Source of the DNA: Piromyces finnis finn
Lineage: Eukaryota; Fungi; Neocallimastigomycota
DNA length: 64,000 bases
Assembly: GCA_002104945.1 (NCBI GenBank)
Contig: MCFH01000005.1
Span: 992,001 to 1,056,000 of the forward strand
Direction of reading: 5' to 3'
Shown here: one piece after another, positions 1 to 12,217 of the stretch
Layout: each line of letters begins with the position of its first letter
How positions within the stretch are numbered: position 1 is the stretch's first letter
The notes under the pieces: model-generated
Told to the model about the DNA's origin: nothing
The model's database searches: none
Seen by the model: the letters and a program-made list of their open reading frames with translations, nothing else
Translations under genes and position numbers: made by a program

Positions 1-1344
1 AAAGATATTAATGTGACAGATCAATTAGGATTTACTGCCTTAATGCATGCTGTTATTAATGGTAATAAAGAAAATGTAAAGTATCTTATTGACCATGGAG
101 CAGATGTTACTATTAAGAATAAACGAGGTCAAACTGCTGCCTTTTTTGCTATTAATAGTAGTAATAAGGAAATAGTTAAATTACTAATTCGTAGTGATCA
201 TGATCTAATTAATAATAAGGACGAATTAGGCGCAAAATTATTATTATTTGGTGTTAAAAAGGGAAATCAAGATATTGTTGAATTATTATTGGAATTGGGG
301 GCTAATGTTAACCATACCAATAGTAAAGGTGAAACAGCTCTTTTCCATGCTATTAAAATTTGTGATGATGAAATTGCAATTCAATTAATTAATAAAGGAG
401 CTAATGTTAATGCTCAGGATATTAATGGGGATACTCCAGTAATGATAGCAGTACGTTTAGATGTATTTGAAAGTTGTTATATGACAAAGATATTAATAGA
501 ACATGGAGCTGATATATTAATGCGTAATAACAATGGTGAAACTCCATTACATATGGCTTTAAGAAAACCAAAAACAGTTGTACTACGATTTTTAATTTCA
601 CATGGGGCTGATATGAATGAAGAGAATTTTGCGGGTGAAACACCATTAATGTATGCTATAAAGATACAAAACTTTGAAGGTTTTGAAATTTTAGTAGATA
701 GAGGTGCAGACATTAACTATAGAAATGCATTTGGTCTTTCCGTCTTTATTTATATTATTCAATTAAAAATACCTGAATATTTAAAGATTGCCTTTTTAAA
801 AATGTTAATACGTCATGGAGTAGAAGTCAATGCTCAAGATTATCATGGTAAATCTGCATTATTTTATGCAATTAAAAAGAATTCACCAGATCTTGTCCAA
901 TTCTTATTAGAAATTGATGAAGTAGACATCAATTTAACAGACCGTTTTAATCAGACTCCTTTAATGGTAGCAAGTAAAGGTAATAAAAATCCAGAAATTT
1001 TGAAGCTTCTTATCGCTTATGGTGCTAATCCAAATATTCAAGATAATAATGGAAAAACTTCACTTATATACCTTTGTGGTAATAAACGTTACTATCAAGA
1101 TCCATCTATTATTGAATATATTATAGATAATGGTGCTGACCCATTAATTAAAGACAGTCAAGGTAAAACTCCATTAATATGGGCTAGTAAATGTAAAAAA
1201 ATTAAAGTAGTAGAGACTTTAATTCATAAAGGAGCTACTGTTAATGATAAAGATAATTTTAATCATACTGCACTTACTTATGCTATTAAACATCAATATA
1301 ATGATATTGTTAACATTTTAAAAACCAATGGTAGTCAAATTTAA
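1..1344 (+). CDS. Ankyrin-repeat protein (about 12 repeats visible), 5'-truncated by the window edge; no intron in the visible part
   Basis: Frame is open from base 1 (KDINVTDQLG...) to TAA at 1344. Repeated G-x-T-[AP]-L-x-x-A ... L-L-x-x-G-A-[DN]-[VI]-N motifs. Confidence 0.95.
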   Translation, partial: KDINVTDQLGFTALMHAVINGNKENVKYLIDHGADVTIKNKRGQTAAFFAINSSNKEIVKLLIRSDHDLINNKDELGAKLLLFGVKKGNQDIVELLLELGANVNHTNSKGETALFHAIKICDDEIAIQLINKGANVNAQDINGDTPVMIAVRLDVFESCYMTKILIEHGADILMRNNNGETPLHMALRKPKTVVLRFLISHGADMNEENFAGETPLMYAIKIQNFEGFEILVDRGADINYRNAFGLSVFIYIIQLKIPEYLKIAFLKMLIRHGVEVNAQDYHGKSALFYAIKKNSPDLVQFLLEIDEVDINLTDRFNQTPLMVASKGNKNPEILKLLIAYGANPNIQDNNGKTSLIYLCGNKRYYQDPSIIEYIIDNGADPLIKDSQGKTPLIWASKCKKIKVVETLIHKGATVNDKDNFNHTALTYAIKHQYNDIVNILKTNGSQI

Positions 1345-1667
1345 ATAATTTATTATTTTTATTTACTGAATCTTTTTTTTCAATAAAATAAATATGTAAT
1401 AAATAATATTCATCAATAAATAACTATACCAATAAATCATACTCAATTATTAAAATTATATTTATAAATTCTACACTTCCAACTGTTAAAAAAAATCTTA
1501 TTTATTTAATAACTCCAACAAAAATTATCACACTTTAAATTTATAGCTTTTAATTTTTAAATTTTTTCTTTTTATTTTTAATAATTTTATGCATAACTAC
1601 AATTTTTATTAATATTCTATAATAGAAAAAATAACATTATTTCTATTTAATTTTTTATAAATATTTT

Positions 1668-1765
1668 TCAACACTGATAACTGCTACTATCGATATTCTA
1701 ATAAAATTTTTACTAAATTATAGTAATAATTAATTTAGAATATAAGATAGTGCATTATCAGAGTT
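1668..1765. ncRNA. Putative pre-miRNA-like hairpin, copy 1
   Basis: 5' arm 1668-1700 pairs with 3' arm 1736-1765: ctgataa(c)tgc(t)actatc / gatagtgcattatcag, plus inner stem atattcta / tagaatat. Transcription is not shown and the strand is unresolved. Confidence 0.4.
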
Positions 1766-1804
1766 TAGTTCTTTATTTTAATTTTCAGATACATTTTACT
1801 ATAC

Positions 1805-1905
1805 TCAACACTGATAACTGCTACTATCGATAATCAAATTTTTAGGTACTACTAAAGTTTAATAATATGCTCCTTCTGATTATAAGATAGTGCATTATCA
1901 GAGTT
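1805..1905. ncRNA. Putative pre-miRNA-like hairpin, copy 2
   Basis: Arms 1805-1832 and 1881-1905 are identical to those of copy 1. The loop differs, and a different inner stem (ataatca / tgattat) still pairs. Confidence 0.4.
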
Positions 1906-3381
1906 ATTTTTTTATTACTTATTTTTTATTATTAAATTTGTTTTATTATTAGTGTACTGAATTTAAATCATATAGGAAAAAGAAAATGACTTCTTTTTAT
2001 ACTTTTTTTTTTAAATGTATATATTTAGTTAAAAACAGTTTTATTATTGTTTTACATCAAAGTTTTAATATATAATATATTATAAAATTTTTTATATATA
2101 TTTAAATAAACTATTATTATATAGTATTATTGAGAAAAATAAATAAAGTTTCAATTAAAATATTAATTGATTTTTATTGAAATTGATTGGTTTTTACTTT
2201 TAAATTGAATTTTAATGGCTATGGAGTATTACCTTAAAAAACCTTAAATTTCTTTAATTTATATTAATAAGTATATTCTATTATATAATATAATATATAT
2301 TTTTATATATTGATTTGATATACAAAGTCCAAAAAATGAGTTGAAGTAGGCTTAGAAAAAGAATATTTTCAATGACTCATTAATTTTTTTTTTCTAACGA
2401 TATATGACTTATTAATAAATAAGTCCAGGTTTTTTAATAGCTAGAAAAAGAAACAAAATTGTTTATGCAATAACCTATTATTTATAAGGCTAATAAACCA
2501 AAAAAATAGACATTTATTTTTTTTATTGTTATAAGATATCAATGTTTTTTATTATATTATTTTCAATATTCATATATAATTTTAAATCAGATAAATTTAT
2601 TATTAATTAAATTTTTTTAATTAATTTTTTTAATTAATGGACAAGAATCCAATTATTAAAATGTTTACATTATTTAATACATAACAATTTTCGTATTTAC
2701 ACAATTACATCACATTACATTACAATTAAATACATAATTTACATTCCGAATACATTAACAACTTATTGTATACACTATTAATTTACATTAATCAAATTAC
2801 AAACTAATATTATCATTAAATATGCTGTCTGTTTTTTTTTTTTTTTTTTTTTTTTTTTCATATAACGTTATGCCCACTATTTAGATAAATCTATTATATT
2901 ATTATTTGCATATTTTAAACAATAATAATGTGTAATTGAAAATATTAATTTATTATCTTCTAGTTATTAATAAAAAATAATATTAAAAATTCAAGATATA
3001 TACTAAATTATATAGTAAAAATATTTATAAAAATGTACTATTGCTATTTAGAATATTGTCCATTATTAATATTACAATAATAATAAGCATAGTAGTAATA
3101 ATAATAATTAATAATTAATAATAATATGATATTGAAATTAAGAGAAAAATAAAGTAAAAGTATATTTAGTTTTTTTAAAAAATGATCTTTTTATTTTTAT
3201 AAAATTAAAATTTTTAAATGTAAACAATTTTTATATTAATTCAAATTCTAAAATCATATATATTAAAGTTTTGATTTTGGATGATGGTTTATATTAAAAT
3301 ACTGGGATTAGTTATAATTTATTTATTAATATTTAAAAAGAAACATTATAAAATTAAGGAAAATATAACTGCTTAAAAGAA

Positions 3382-6093
3382 ATGAGTGAAGAAGTTGTTA
3401 TTGAAGGTAGAATCAATTTAATTAAAAATATAACTTTATATATTATAAAATATTATACAAATATATTTATATAATTTATTTTTTATTATGAAATATATTT
3501 CAATCTAAAATATATGATGAAAATACAGCTAATAATTTACCACCTCCAGAAAATGAGGCATTACAAAAAAAAGTTGAAGAAAAAGAAGATTCAAATGAAC
3601 AAAGTAATATAGAAATATATACAAACCCTATATTTCTAAGAATTAATTATTAATGATAGTTTCTATTTTTTTTCCTGTATTTTCTAATACATTCATACGA
3701 AATAACTAAAAAAAAAAATAAAATAAATAAGAATCATTATGGAATATTGATCAATTTATTCAACAAGAAATTGAAGATGGAAATAATAGAAAAGAAAATG
3801 AAAATGAGAATACAAACGATAAAGTTATAGGTATTGATGATGTAGAAAATGTAACTGAGGACATTAGTTATGAAGCCATTGCATTTGCTGATCCAGATAT
3901 GAATTTTTCTGATGATGAACCTTTATCATTAAATATTGATGTTTCAGGTTAATATTTTTAGTATATAAACTAAATCTATTGATACAGTACTTAAGAAATA
4001 ATGAAACATTTATTAAGCGAAATATACAAATATAATTATATATATATATACATATACATATATCAATAAACAGATGTTCCAACATGTGAACTTAATAAAT
4101 TAGATGTATATAAAACTGCGTGTGAAATAATCGATGTTATACCAGTTTCATATTACGCAGATAATATGAATAATGAAGAGCTTATTATGCGTAATCATGG
4201 ATTAGGTCCAAAAGGTGCAAAAGCAATATCTGAATCATTAAATGTAATTATTAAATGAATAATGATTAATTATATATTTGAACCTATTAAACATTATATA
4301 TATTAATATATATATAATTAAAATAGAAAACACAAATCAAAGTACTTGATTTATCAAGAAATTGGATAGGTAATTTTTTTTTTTGAATAAATCCATTAAA
4401 GAATGAATAATTGCTAAAAACTTTTGATAATAACAATAAATTTTGATTAATTATATAATTTATCAAAGATGCCGGTGGTAAATACTTAGCTAAAACTATT
4501 GCAGATAATTGTTATATAACCGAATTAAATTTATCTGACAATCATCTTGGTAATTAAATAATAATATAAATATATATATAAATTTTTATGCATTTAACAA
4601 ATTATAAACTTAAATTTTATAATATTTTTTTTTTTTTTATTTTACTATTAAGGTATAAAGGGTGGTGAATTGATGGGTTATATGATTGCACAAAATGTAT
4701 CTTTAAAAATATTAAATCTTAGCAGTAGGCATTAAATTAAACATTATAAAATAGCAATGATATATCTATAATAAGGATTAAAATAATAAATTTTATATTT
4801 ATATTAATTAATATAAATTAATATAGAAAATAACTTAAGTAATAGAGAAATAAAGGCTATAGCAGAAGGATTAAAGGAAAATAATACTTTAGTTTGTAAG
4901 TATTAAAAAAAAAAGTTTGATAAAATATAATAAAAAATTTTCTTAAAAGAAAAAATAATAAAAATATTTAAAATAAATTACTTTAGCTCTTGATTTAAGC
5001 TACAATAAAATTGGCGATATTGGTGCTTTACAACTTGGAAGAGCATTAATGGTCAATGATAGTATTAAAGTATTTAATATTGGTGAGTAAATTAATAAGA
5101 ATTATGATGATGATAATTACTAAATTATTAATATTAATAGAAACTTTAATATTTAACTTAATTATTAATTAGGATGGAATGAAATTAGAATGAAAGGAAT
5201 GGCGGCCTTTTTCCAATGTATAAAGGTATAATAGAGTTATAAACAAATAGAAATATGTATTTTTTCTATATATTATTAAAATATTTTTATATCATAATAA
5301 TTACTAAATCCTTAATTATTTTATTATATAATAATATTATAAATGTTTAGTCAAACCAGAGTATTACAGATTTAAGTGTTAATGTAAATGATTTAAATGA
5401 AGCATATATCGAATATTTAAATATTTTTGAGAATGATCAAATATTAATTTTATATTGAATATTATTATCATAAAATTACATACAAAGAATAATGGTGCAG
5501 CAGATACAGGTGGTGCAGAAATTGTTAAATATATTGATATTAATCGTGTTATAACAAGAATTAATCTTTGGTAAAAATATTATTACAGTTCATCAAATAC
5601 ATTTTATTGTTAATAGTTTTTTTTAATATTAATTATTTTTTAATATTATATATATATTTTTAAATTATAAAAACAATGAAAATAATGTTTATGATAGTTC
5701 TTGTCGACTTCCTGATAGTATCTGCCAATCTTTATTCAAGGCTTTAGAACAAAATACTGGCTTAACTGAAATTAATCTTGATTATAATTGTTTTACTGAT
5801 GAATGTTTCCAATATTTATCTAATTTCTGTCAAAAAACTACTGTTCCAAGAATTATTCATATTGAAGTAATTTTTATTTTATCTTTAATTACATATAAAT
5901 GTTTATATATTATATTTCTATAAATTATTAAAATCAATTTTTAATTAATTAATTATTATTAAACTATTATTTCTTTTTCTTTTTCTTTTCTTTTTTTTTT
6001 TTTTAAACTTAGAATATAAAATTCTCAGAAGATATTAATAAAAAACTGGAACAATTAAAGGATGAAAAATCCGATTTTACAATATATATATAA
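3382..6093 (+). CDS. LRRC74: RNI-like leucine-rich-repeat protein, LRRC74-like (about 13 exons)
   Basis: Spliced exons give YKTACEIIDVIPVSYY...MRNHGLGPKGAKAISESL followed by LDLSxNxIG-type repeats, as I recall for LRRC74A/B. GT-AG junctions keep frame from ATG 3382 to TAA 6093. Confidence 0.8.
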
Positions 6094-6376
6094 ATTATTA
6101 TTAATATAATTAAAAAAAAGATATAAAACTAAATCACTCTAATTTCTTTTTATTTTACCAGTAACAGTTAATAATTAATGAATTTATTAAAAATATTAAT
6201 TACATTAATTACAAATAAAAAAATTTATTAAGATTCAAAGTGCAATTTTTTTTTTTTATGTAGTACTATATTTAAATAAAAGAAAAAATAAAATAATATT
6301 AATATTTTTTTTTATTGTACTTTTATAAAATATTTAATTTTTACATAAAATTAATTCTTTTTATATATTAATATTA

Positions 6377-6409
<33 letters not shown>

Positions 6410-6432
6410 TTTGCTTTATATATTTATTTATT

Positions 6433-6465
<33 letters not shown>

Positions 6466-6803
6466 GTGAATTTAAAATGATAGATTTTTTTTTTTTTCTT
6501 ATTTTCTATTATTATTATTATTATTATTTTTAATAAGATTTCATTATTTTTTTTTCTTTATAGTAATGAAAATTAAATTAGTTAAATTAAATAATAATAT
6601 ATTTAATTGTAAGAATCATAATATCATTTTGTAATATGATATATAATTTTTTTTATTGTGTAAAAATAAATTATAATTATATCTAAAAGAAAAAATAATT
6701 ATAAAAGAGTTATTATTACTATTATAAATAATAAAACATACAATAATACAACTATAATTGATAAAATTTATAGAATTAGTTAAACTAATTTCGATAAATT
6801 TAT

Positions 6804-8649
6804 CTATAATTTTGGAATGTATTGTTCCTTTCTTCTAACATAATCTCTTGTAATTTGATCAATACTAGTACAACCAGCTAAAGCCATAGTTAATCTAAAT
6901 TCTTCTTGAATTATTTTTAACATTTTATCAACACCCTTATCACCATCATAACATAATGCCCAGAGAGTTGGTCTTCCGACAAAGACAGCCTTAGCACCAT
7001 AAGCAAGAGCCTTGAATACATCTGAACCTCTGTAAATACCGGAATCAAGATAGACTGGAATTCTATCTTGAACAGCTTCAGTAATCTAATTTTTTCATTT
7101 ATTATATAAATAATTTTTATTTAATATTTTTATTTCTCTTCTTTTTCCATCATAAATAAATGTCATTTATTTTTATTTTTTATTTTTGCTATTAGTTTAT
7201 TTTTATAATCTATTTAATTTCTCCAATAGAAAAGGCTACTTACTTCTGGTAAGGCTTCAATGGATGGTGGGGCACCATCTAATTGTCTACCACCATGGTT
7301 AGAAACAATAATGGCATCAACCTTGTATTTAACAGCAAGTAAGGCATCTTCAGCAGTTAAAATACCTGATAATACGAATTTTATAGAAAGAATTTTAAAT
7401 ATAAATATTATTAATTGTGATTAATATTTATTTATTCATATTTATTAAACGCTCTATATACCCTTTAAGATAATTGGTAATTTAGTAGTTTGTCTTAACC
7501 AAGCAATATCAGTAGCCCAATTTAAGGAACTATCGACGGTACCGGTCATACCTTTATTGAAAGTACCTCTATCTTCATTTTTATTTTTTTCTTCCTTTAA
7601 ATTTTGCATTTTCATATCAGATGGTCTTTTGAATTTATTTTTAGCATCTGCAATACGACGACCGAGCTTTGGACGATCAACAGTGACAACAAGACCTTGA
7701 TATCCAGCAGCTTCAGCACGCTTGATTAAATCACTAGCAGCAGTACGATCTTTATGAACGTAAAGTTGAAGGAAACGAAGACCATCTGGAGCGGCCTTAG
7801 CAACATCTTCCATAGAATAAGTTGAGTAAGTACTTAAAATCATAAGGGTATCATTAGCAGCAGCACCTAATAATTTTTTTTTTTTTTTAAAAAACGTATA
7901 TTGAAAAAAAAAAAATTGTTATTTATTTTTAAATCATTTTTATAATTAGTATTATATATATAAATGCTAAAAACATATATGAAATAAATAATAATGATAT
8001 ATACCTTTAGCAGTAGCTAATTCACCATCTGGGTGAGCTAACTTATGCATAGCCATTGGGGCTATTGATGTTTTAAAAATTTAATGGAAAATAAGTTAAT
8101 TTTTTTTTTTTTGAGTATTATTATTTTTAATAGAATTATTTTTCTATTTTTTATTTTTAACTTTTAATTTTTATTTTATTTAATACTTTACCAATACCAA
8201 TTGGCATTGAAATTTTGTGACCTAAAATATCAGCTGTAGTATCGACATTACTAACATCTCTCATAACTCTTGGTCTAATTCTAATCCTAAATTTTTGAAA
8301 AAAAAAGTTTGAAAGTATAATTATGGGTTAACTTTTTTTTTTTTATTTATATTATTAAGAATATATTCTCATTGTATTTACTTGGAGAAAGCCTTTCTGT
8401 TATTTTTACGAGTTTCATTATCCATTGCACCTAAAGCCTTTTATTTAAAAACAATAGTGTTTAATAATAGTTATTATCATATTAAAATATAGTCATTTAT
8501 TATAATTTATTCGAAGTATTTAAATAACTTTTTAAATATATATATATATATATTATTACATAATAATCATAGGATGATTTTGGCATAGTAGCCTTAGCAT
8601 AGTCATGAAAATCATCAAGAGAAACACAAACTGGCTTATTATTTGACAT
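6804..8649 (-). CDS. FMN-dependent alpha-hydroxy acid oxidase/dehydrogenase (glycolate/lactate oxidase family), no cytochrome b5 domain, C-terminus ...YIPKL*
   Basis: Family motifs LQLYVHKDR, TVDRPKLGRR, LPIILKGI, IVSNHGGRQLDG (catalytic His), DSGIYRGSDVFKALAYGA and VGRP. Multi-exon, ATG at 8649, TAG at 6804. Confidence 0.93.
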
Positions 8650-9917
8650 GGTCAACAAAATACTATATAGAATTTTTTTAAAATATAAGAAAAAACGAAG
8701 ACATAATTTTATACAGTTATTAGTAATTAATATTAGAAATTATAATTATTATTGTTATTATTAACAAATTTCCAAAATCAAATTTCAAATTAGAAATTTC
8801 GATTGGAAATGTCATTTCTATCTTTTTAAAATCTATTTTTTTTTCTTAATAAAGTTATCCCTTTTTCTTTTTTACTTATTTTATTAGTATTTTATTTTTT
8901 ATTATGAAATTTTTAAATTTTTAAATTATTTTATTTACTATTTATTTTATAAATGATTTATTCATTTTTAAAATGTTCTTTATATATATATAAATCATTT
9001 ATTTAATTATTTCTTGATAAAAGAATAAGTATTTAATTAATAAAGATATGTATATTACATTTACTTTTATATAATCTATAAAAAAAGAATAAGATTTCAA
9101 AATAACTTTTTATTTTAAAATTAGCTTTTAGAAAATTTAGAAATTTCAAAAAGTATTTTTTTTTTTGCCTAAAAATTAATAACCACAATTTTAAAGATTA
9201 TATATTAAATTTTATTGATAAGAAAATGTTATATTTTTGATAAAATCAAAATTTTTAAATTAATAAAATGTGGCGCATGACAAATTCACTTTTAATAATA
9301 GAAATACATTCTTTTTTTTGAAATAATGAAATATATACTTTGCATAATAACTCTAATGCTTTTTAATTATTAATGAATTATCATTAGTGTTAGGAATTGA
9401 AATAAAAAGTTTTATAGTGATAAAATTATAAAATTTGTAATTTTAAAAAGTCTTTTTTTTTTTTTTTTCGGAAGAACATTGATTCATTTAATTAAAAAAA
9501 TATTTAATTATTTAATTCAAAATTTATATTAAAGCCACAATGATTATGAAATTTTGAAATATATGGATCATTATTAAAAGTTTTAAATATAAATATTATA
9601 AATATACCTTTTATTAATCCTTTTTAATTGAAATAATTTCAAGTTGAGGTTAGTATAGCAGTATAGTTATTTTTTTTAATGAGTACAGAATATAAAAATG
9701 AAATATTCAAATAGATATATAACTAAATATAACTAAATGTATTACTAGTCTTATTTGTAGTAAAAACATTTAATTTAAAATTAAATTTTTCTCTAAACTA
9801 TATTATACTTGATTTAATATATATATTTTATTATATAATAAAAAATTCAATAATAAGTTAATAAAACAATAGCAACAACAAAGCAATAAGACAATTAAAG
9901 AAATAAGACAAGGAAAA

Positions 9918-10513
9918 ATGTGTCAAGAGTGTGTTATTGAGGTTTCTCCAGATAGAGGAAACATTACTGTTGAATCTGGTTTTTATCCTTTAAATATGAA
10001 GAAATGTAAAAATTGTCAAACATTTTCAACTCCTAAAACTACAGATTATGTTAATGACGAAACTGAAGATTCAACTTCTATTACTATTACATATAATCGT
10101 AATATTTAAATATATTAATTTTCATTATTCAGAATTATATAAAATATTTCAATAATTTATTTTTTTTTTTAAAAATGGAATAAAGGATTTTAATAATTTA
10201 TTATTATTGTTTTTGTAATATGTAATATATATATAAATAGATACTTGTAGTAAATGTAATCATTTAATTGCAAGTCATGAATATACATATCAATTAAATG
10301 ATGGCTATCACGTATATATTTTACTATATTTTAAAATGTTTATTATTTTATTATTATTTAATTTGTTTCTTATATTGAAAAATTTAATATGTTTTTATTT
10401 AAAAATTTATTTTTTAGGAATATACCATGAATTGTGATTTATGTGGTATGGGTGAAGCAAATGTTTCAGTTTTACCGGTTGATCCAAAAAAAATACTTGA
10501 AAGTTATTCGTAA
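9918..10513 (+). CDS. CHURC1: Churchill-domain zinc-binding protein; exons 9918-10098, 10241-10311, 10418-10513
   Basis: Spliced product MCQECV..PDRGN...CKNC...YNHTCSKCNHLIASHEYTY...YHEYTMNCDLCGMGEANVSVLPVDPKK matches the Cys/His pattern of animal Churchill (MCxxCV..P.RG; H.C..C.H.IA.HEYT; EYTM.C.LCG; S.LP.DP). Confidence 0.9.
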
Positions 10514-10664
10514 CTATACACACACTAATTAAAAGTAATATAGAGTTAAAACAAACAAAAAAAAATTATAAATAATAAATATACCAGTATTATAAATGTA
10601 AAATAGTTCTAAATAAAACAATACTCCTAAGTAATAATAAAAAAATTTAAATAATTAACAATGC

Positions 10665-10695
<31 letters not shown>

Positions 10696-10848
10696 GTTTA
10701 AAGCTTATATATTTTAAATAAAATTTTATTTTATATGGATTTTATTAATAGGCTTTTAAATTTAGATAATAAAAAGAATAAATATATGAAAATATATATA
10801 GTATATATAGTATATAATAAATATTAAATATTATAAAGATTTTTCTTT

Positions 10849-10881
<33 letters not shown>

Positions 10882-11214
10882 TTTTTTACTTAATGTAATT
10901 ATTTAAAGAAAAAATAAAATTAATAACATAAATTTCTTCTTACAATATCATAATAAATAAATACTAAAATATTAACTTACATACATTTAAACATATCTAT
11001 AAAATGTATGTATCAGTATATAAAAATTTGAAACTAATTTTCGTATAATTATTATTCATGTTTAATTAGAATAAAAATAAACAAAATAAAAAAAAAAAAA
11101 AAAATTAAAAGACAAAATTTAAATCTTGCAAGAAATTTGGATTAGAAATACTACCTTTTGAAATATAGCATTATTATTAAATTTGATGATTAAAAATATC
11201 TATTATAAGAATAT

Positions 11215-12175
11215 TTATTTAGTATTTGGACTTTGTGGTTGATATGGTGTTGATGGTAGTGGAGGTGTGGCAGCTTCAGTTGCTGTTGAAGATGTAGATG
11301 GTGGAAGTGGTGGGGTATTTGATGGTAAAGGTGGTGAACCTGCTGGAAGTGGTGGTTGATAATAGTAATAAGGATAATACATATTATAATTTGCATATTG
11401 TCCTTGTGCAGCAGTTGGTGCTGTTTGATAATAAGATTGTGCAGTAGCAGTTGTTGATGAGGCATCTGTAGTAGCTGCTGTTTGAGATTGTGTTGTATCT
11501 GAAGAGGTAGTTGATGGTAATGGAGGTGCTGGGGTATTTGGTAATGCAGGAGTAGATGTTGCTTGATATCCTGTTTCTGTACTTGTTTGTGGAATTGGGG
11601 CAGTTGGGTAAGCGGTATATCCTGAGTAAGTTGTATATCCTTGGGCTTGGTAAGGATTTGGTTGTTGATAAGTATTATATGGATTTTGATTATATGCGTT
11701 GTAATGTGGTGGTCTTGGATTATTTGGTCTAGTAGCTTTAAATTGCTTAAATCTCTCATATTCAGCTTTAACAGTTTTAATTAAATCATCAACTAATTGT
11801 TTAGCTTTTTCTAAACCTTCTTCAGTTACAGAACTTTTTGTGTATATATAATAAATAGTAATAATTACATATTAATTAATATAAAAAATTATGCCAAAAT
11901 ATTAAAAGTTATAATTAGTTATTTATTATTTTCCAAAATCATATATATCTAATTCAATTATTAATATTTACCTGATTTGGAAAAACATTGGTTCAAATGC
12001 TTCAGTTCCAGATGTTGGCTCAATAAACCCAGAACCTTTACCACGAAGTTGTAATCTTGCGCCTGTTTCACGATTAATATGTTTAACATTTGCTCCTTGT
12101 ATACCAATTAATTTTGTTTTTGCATTAAATGAACGATCATCAATACCGATAAATACTTTTGCAGTATGAAAGCGC

Positions 12176-12217
<42 letters not shown>

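Noticed and set aside
1668-1905. Reading the hairpin pair as an H/ACA snoRNA, SECIS element or CRISPR-like array
   Set aside because: No ACA tail at the expected distance, no AUGA/GA quartet, only two units, and a eukaryotic context with no cas genes.
2680-2800. Several TACATT-like words upstream of the LRRC74-like gene
   Set aside because: Irregular spacing and low complexity; consistent with a decayed microsatellite.
11190-11759. 189-aa Gln/His-rich ORF
   Set aside because: Alternative frame over the Pro/Thr-rich last exon of KHDC4.
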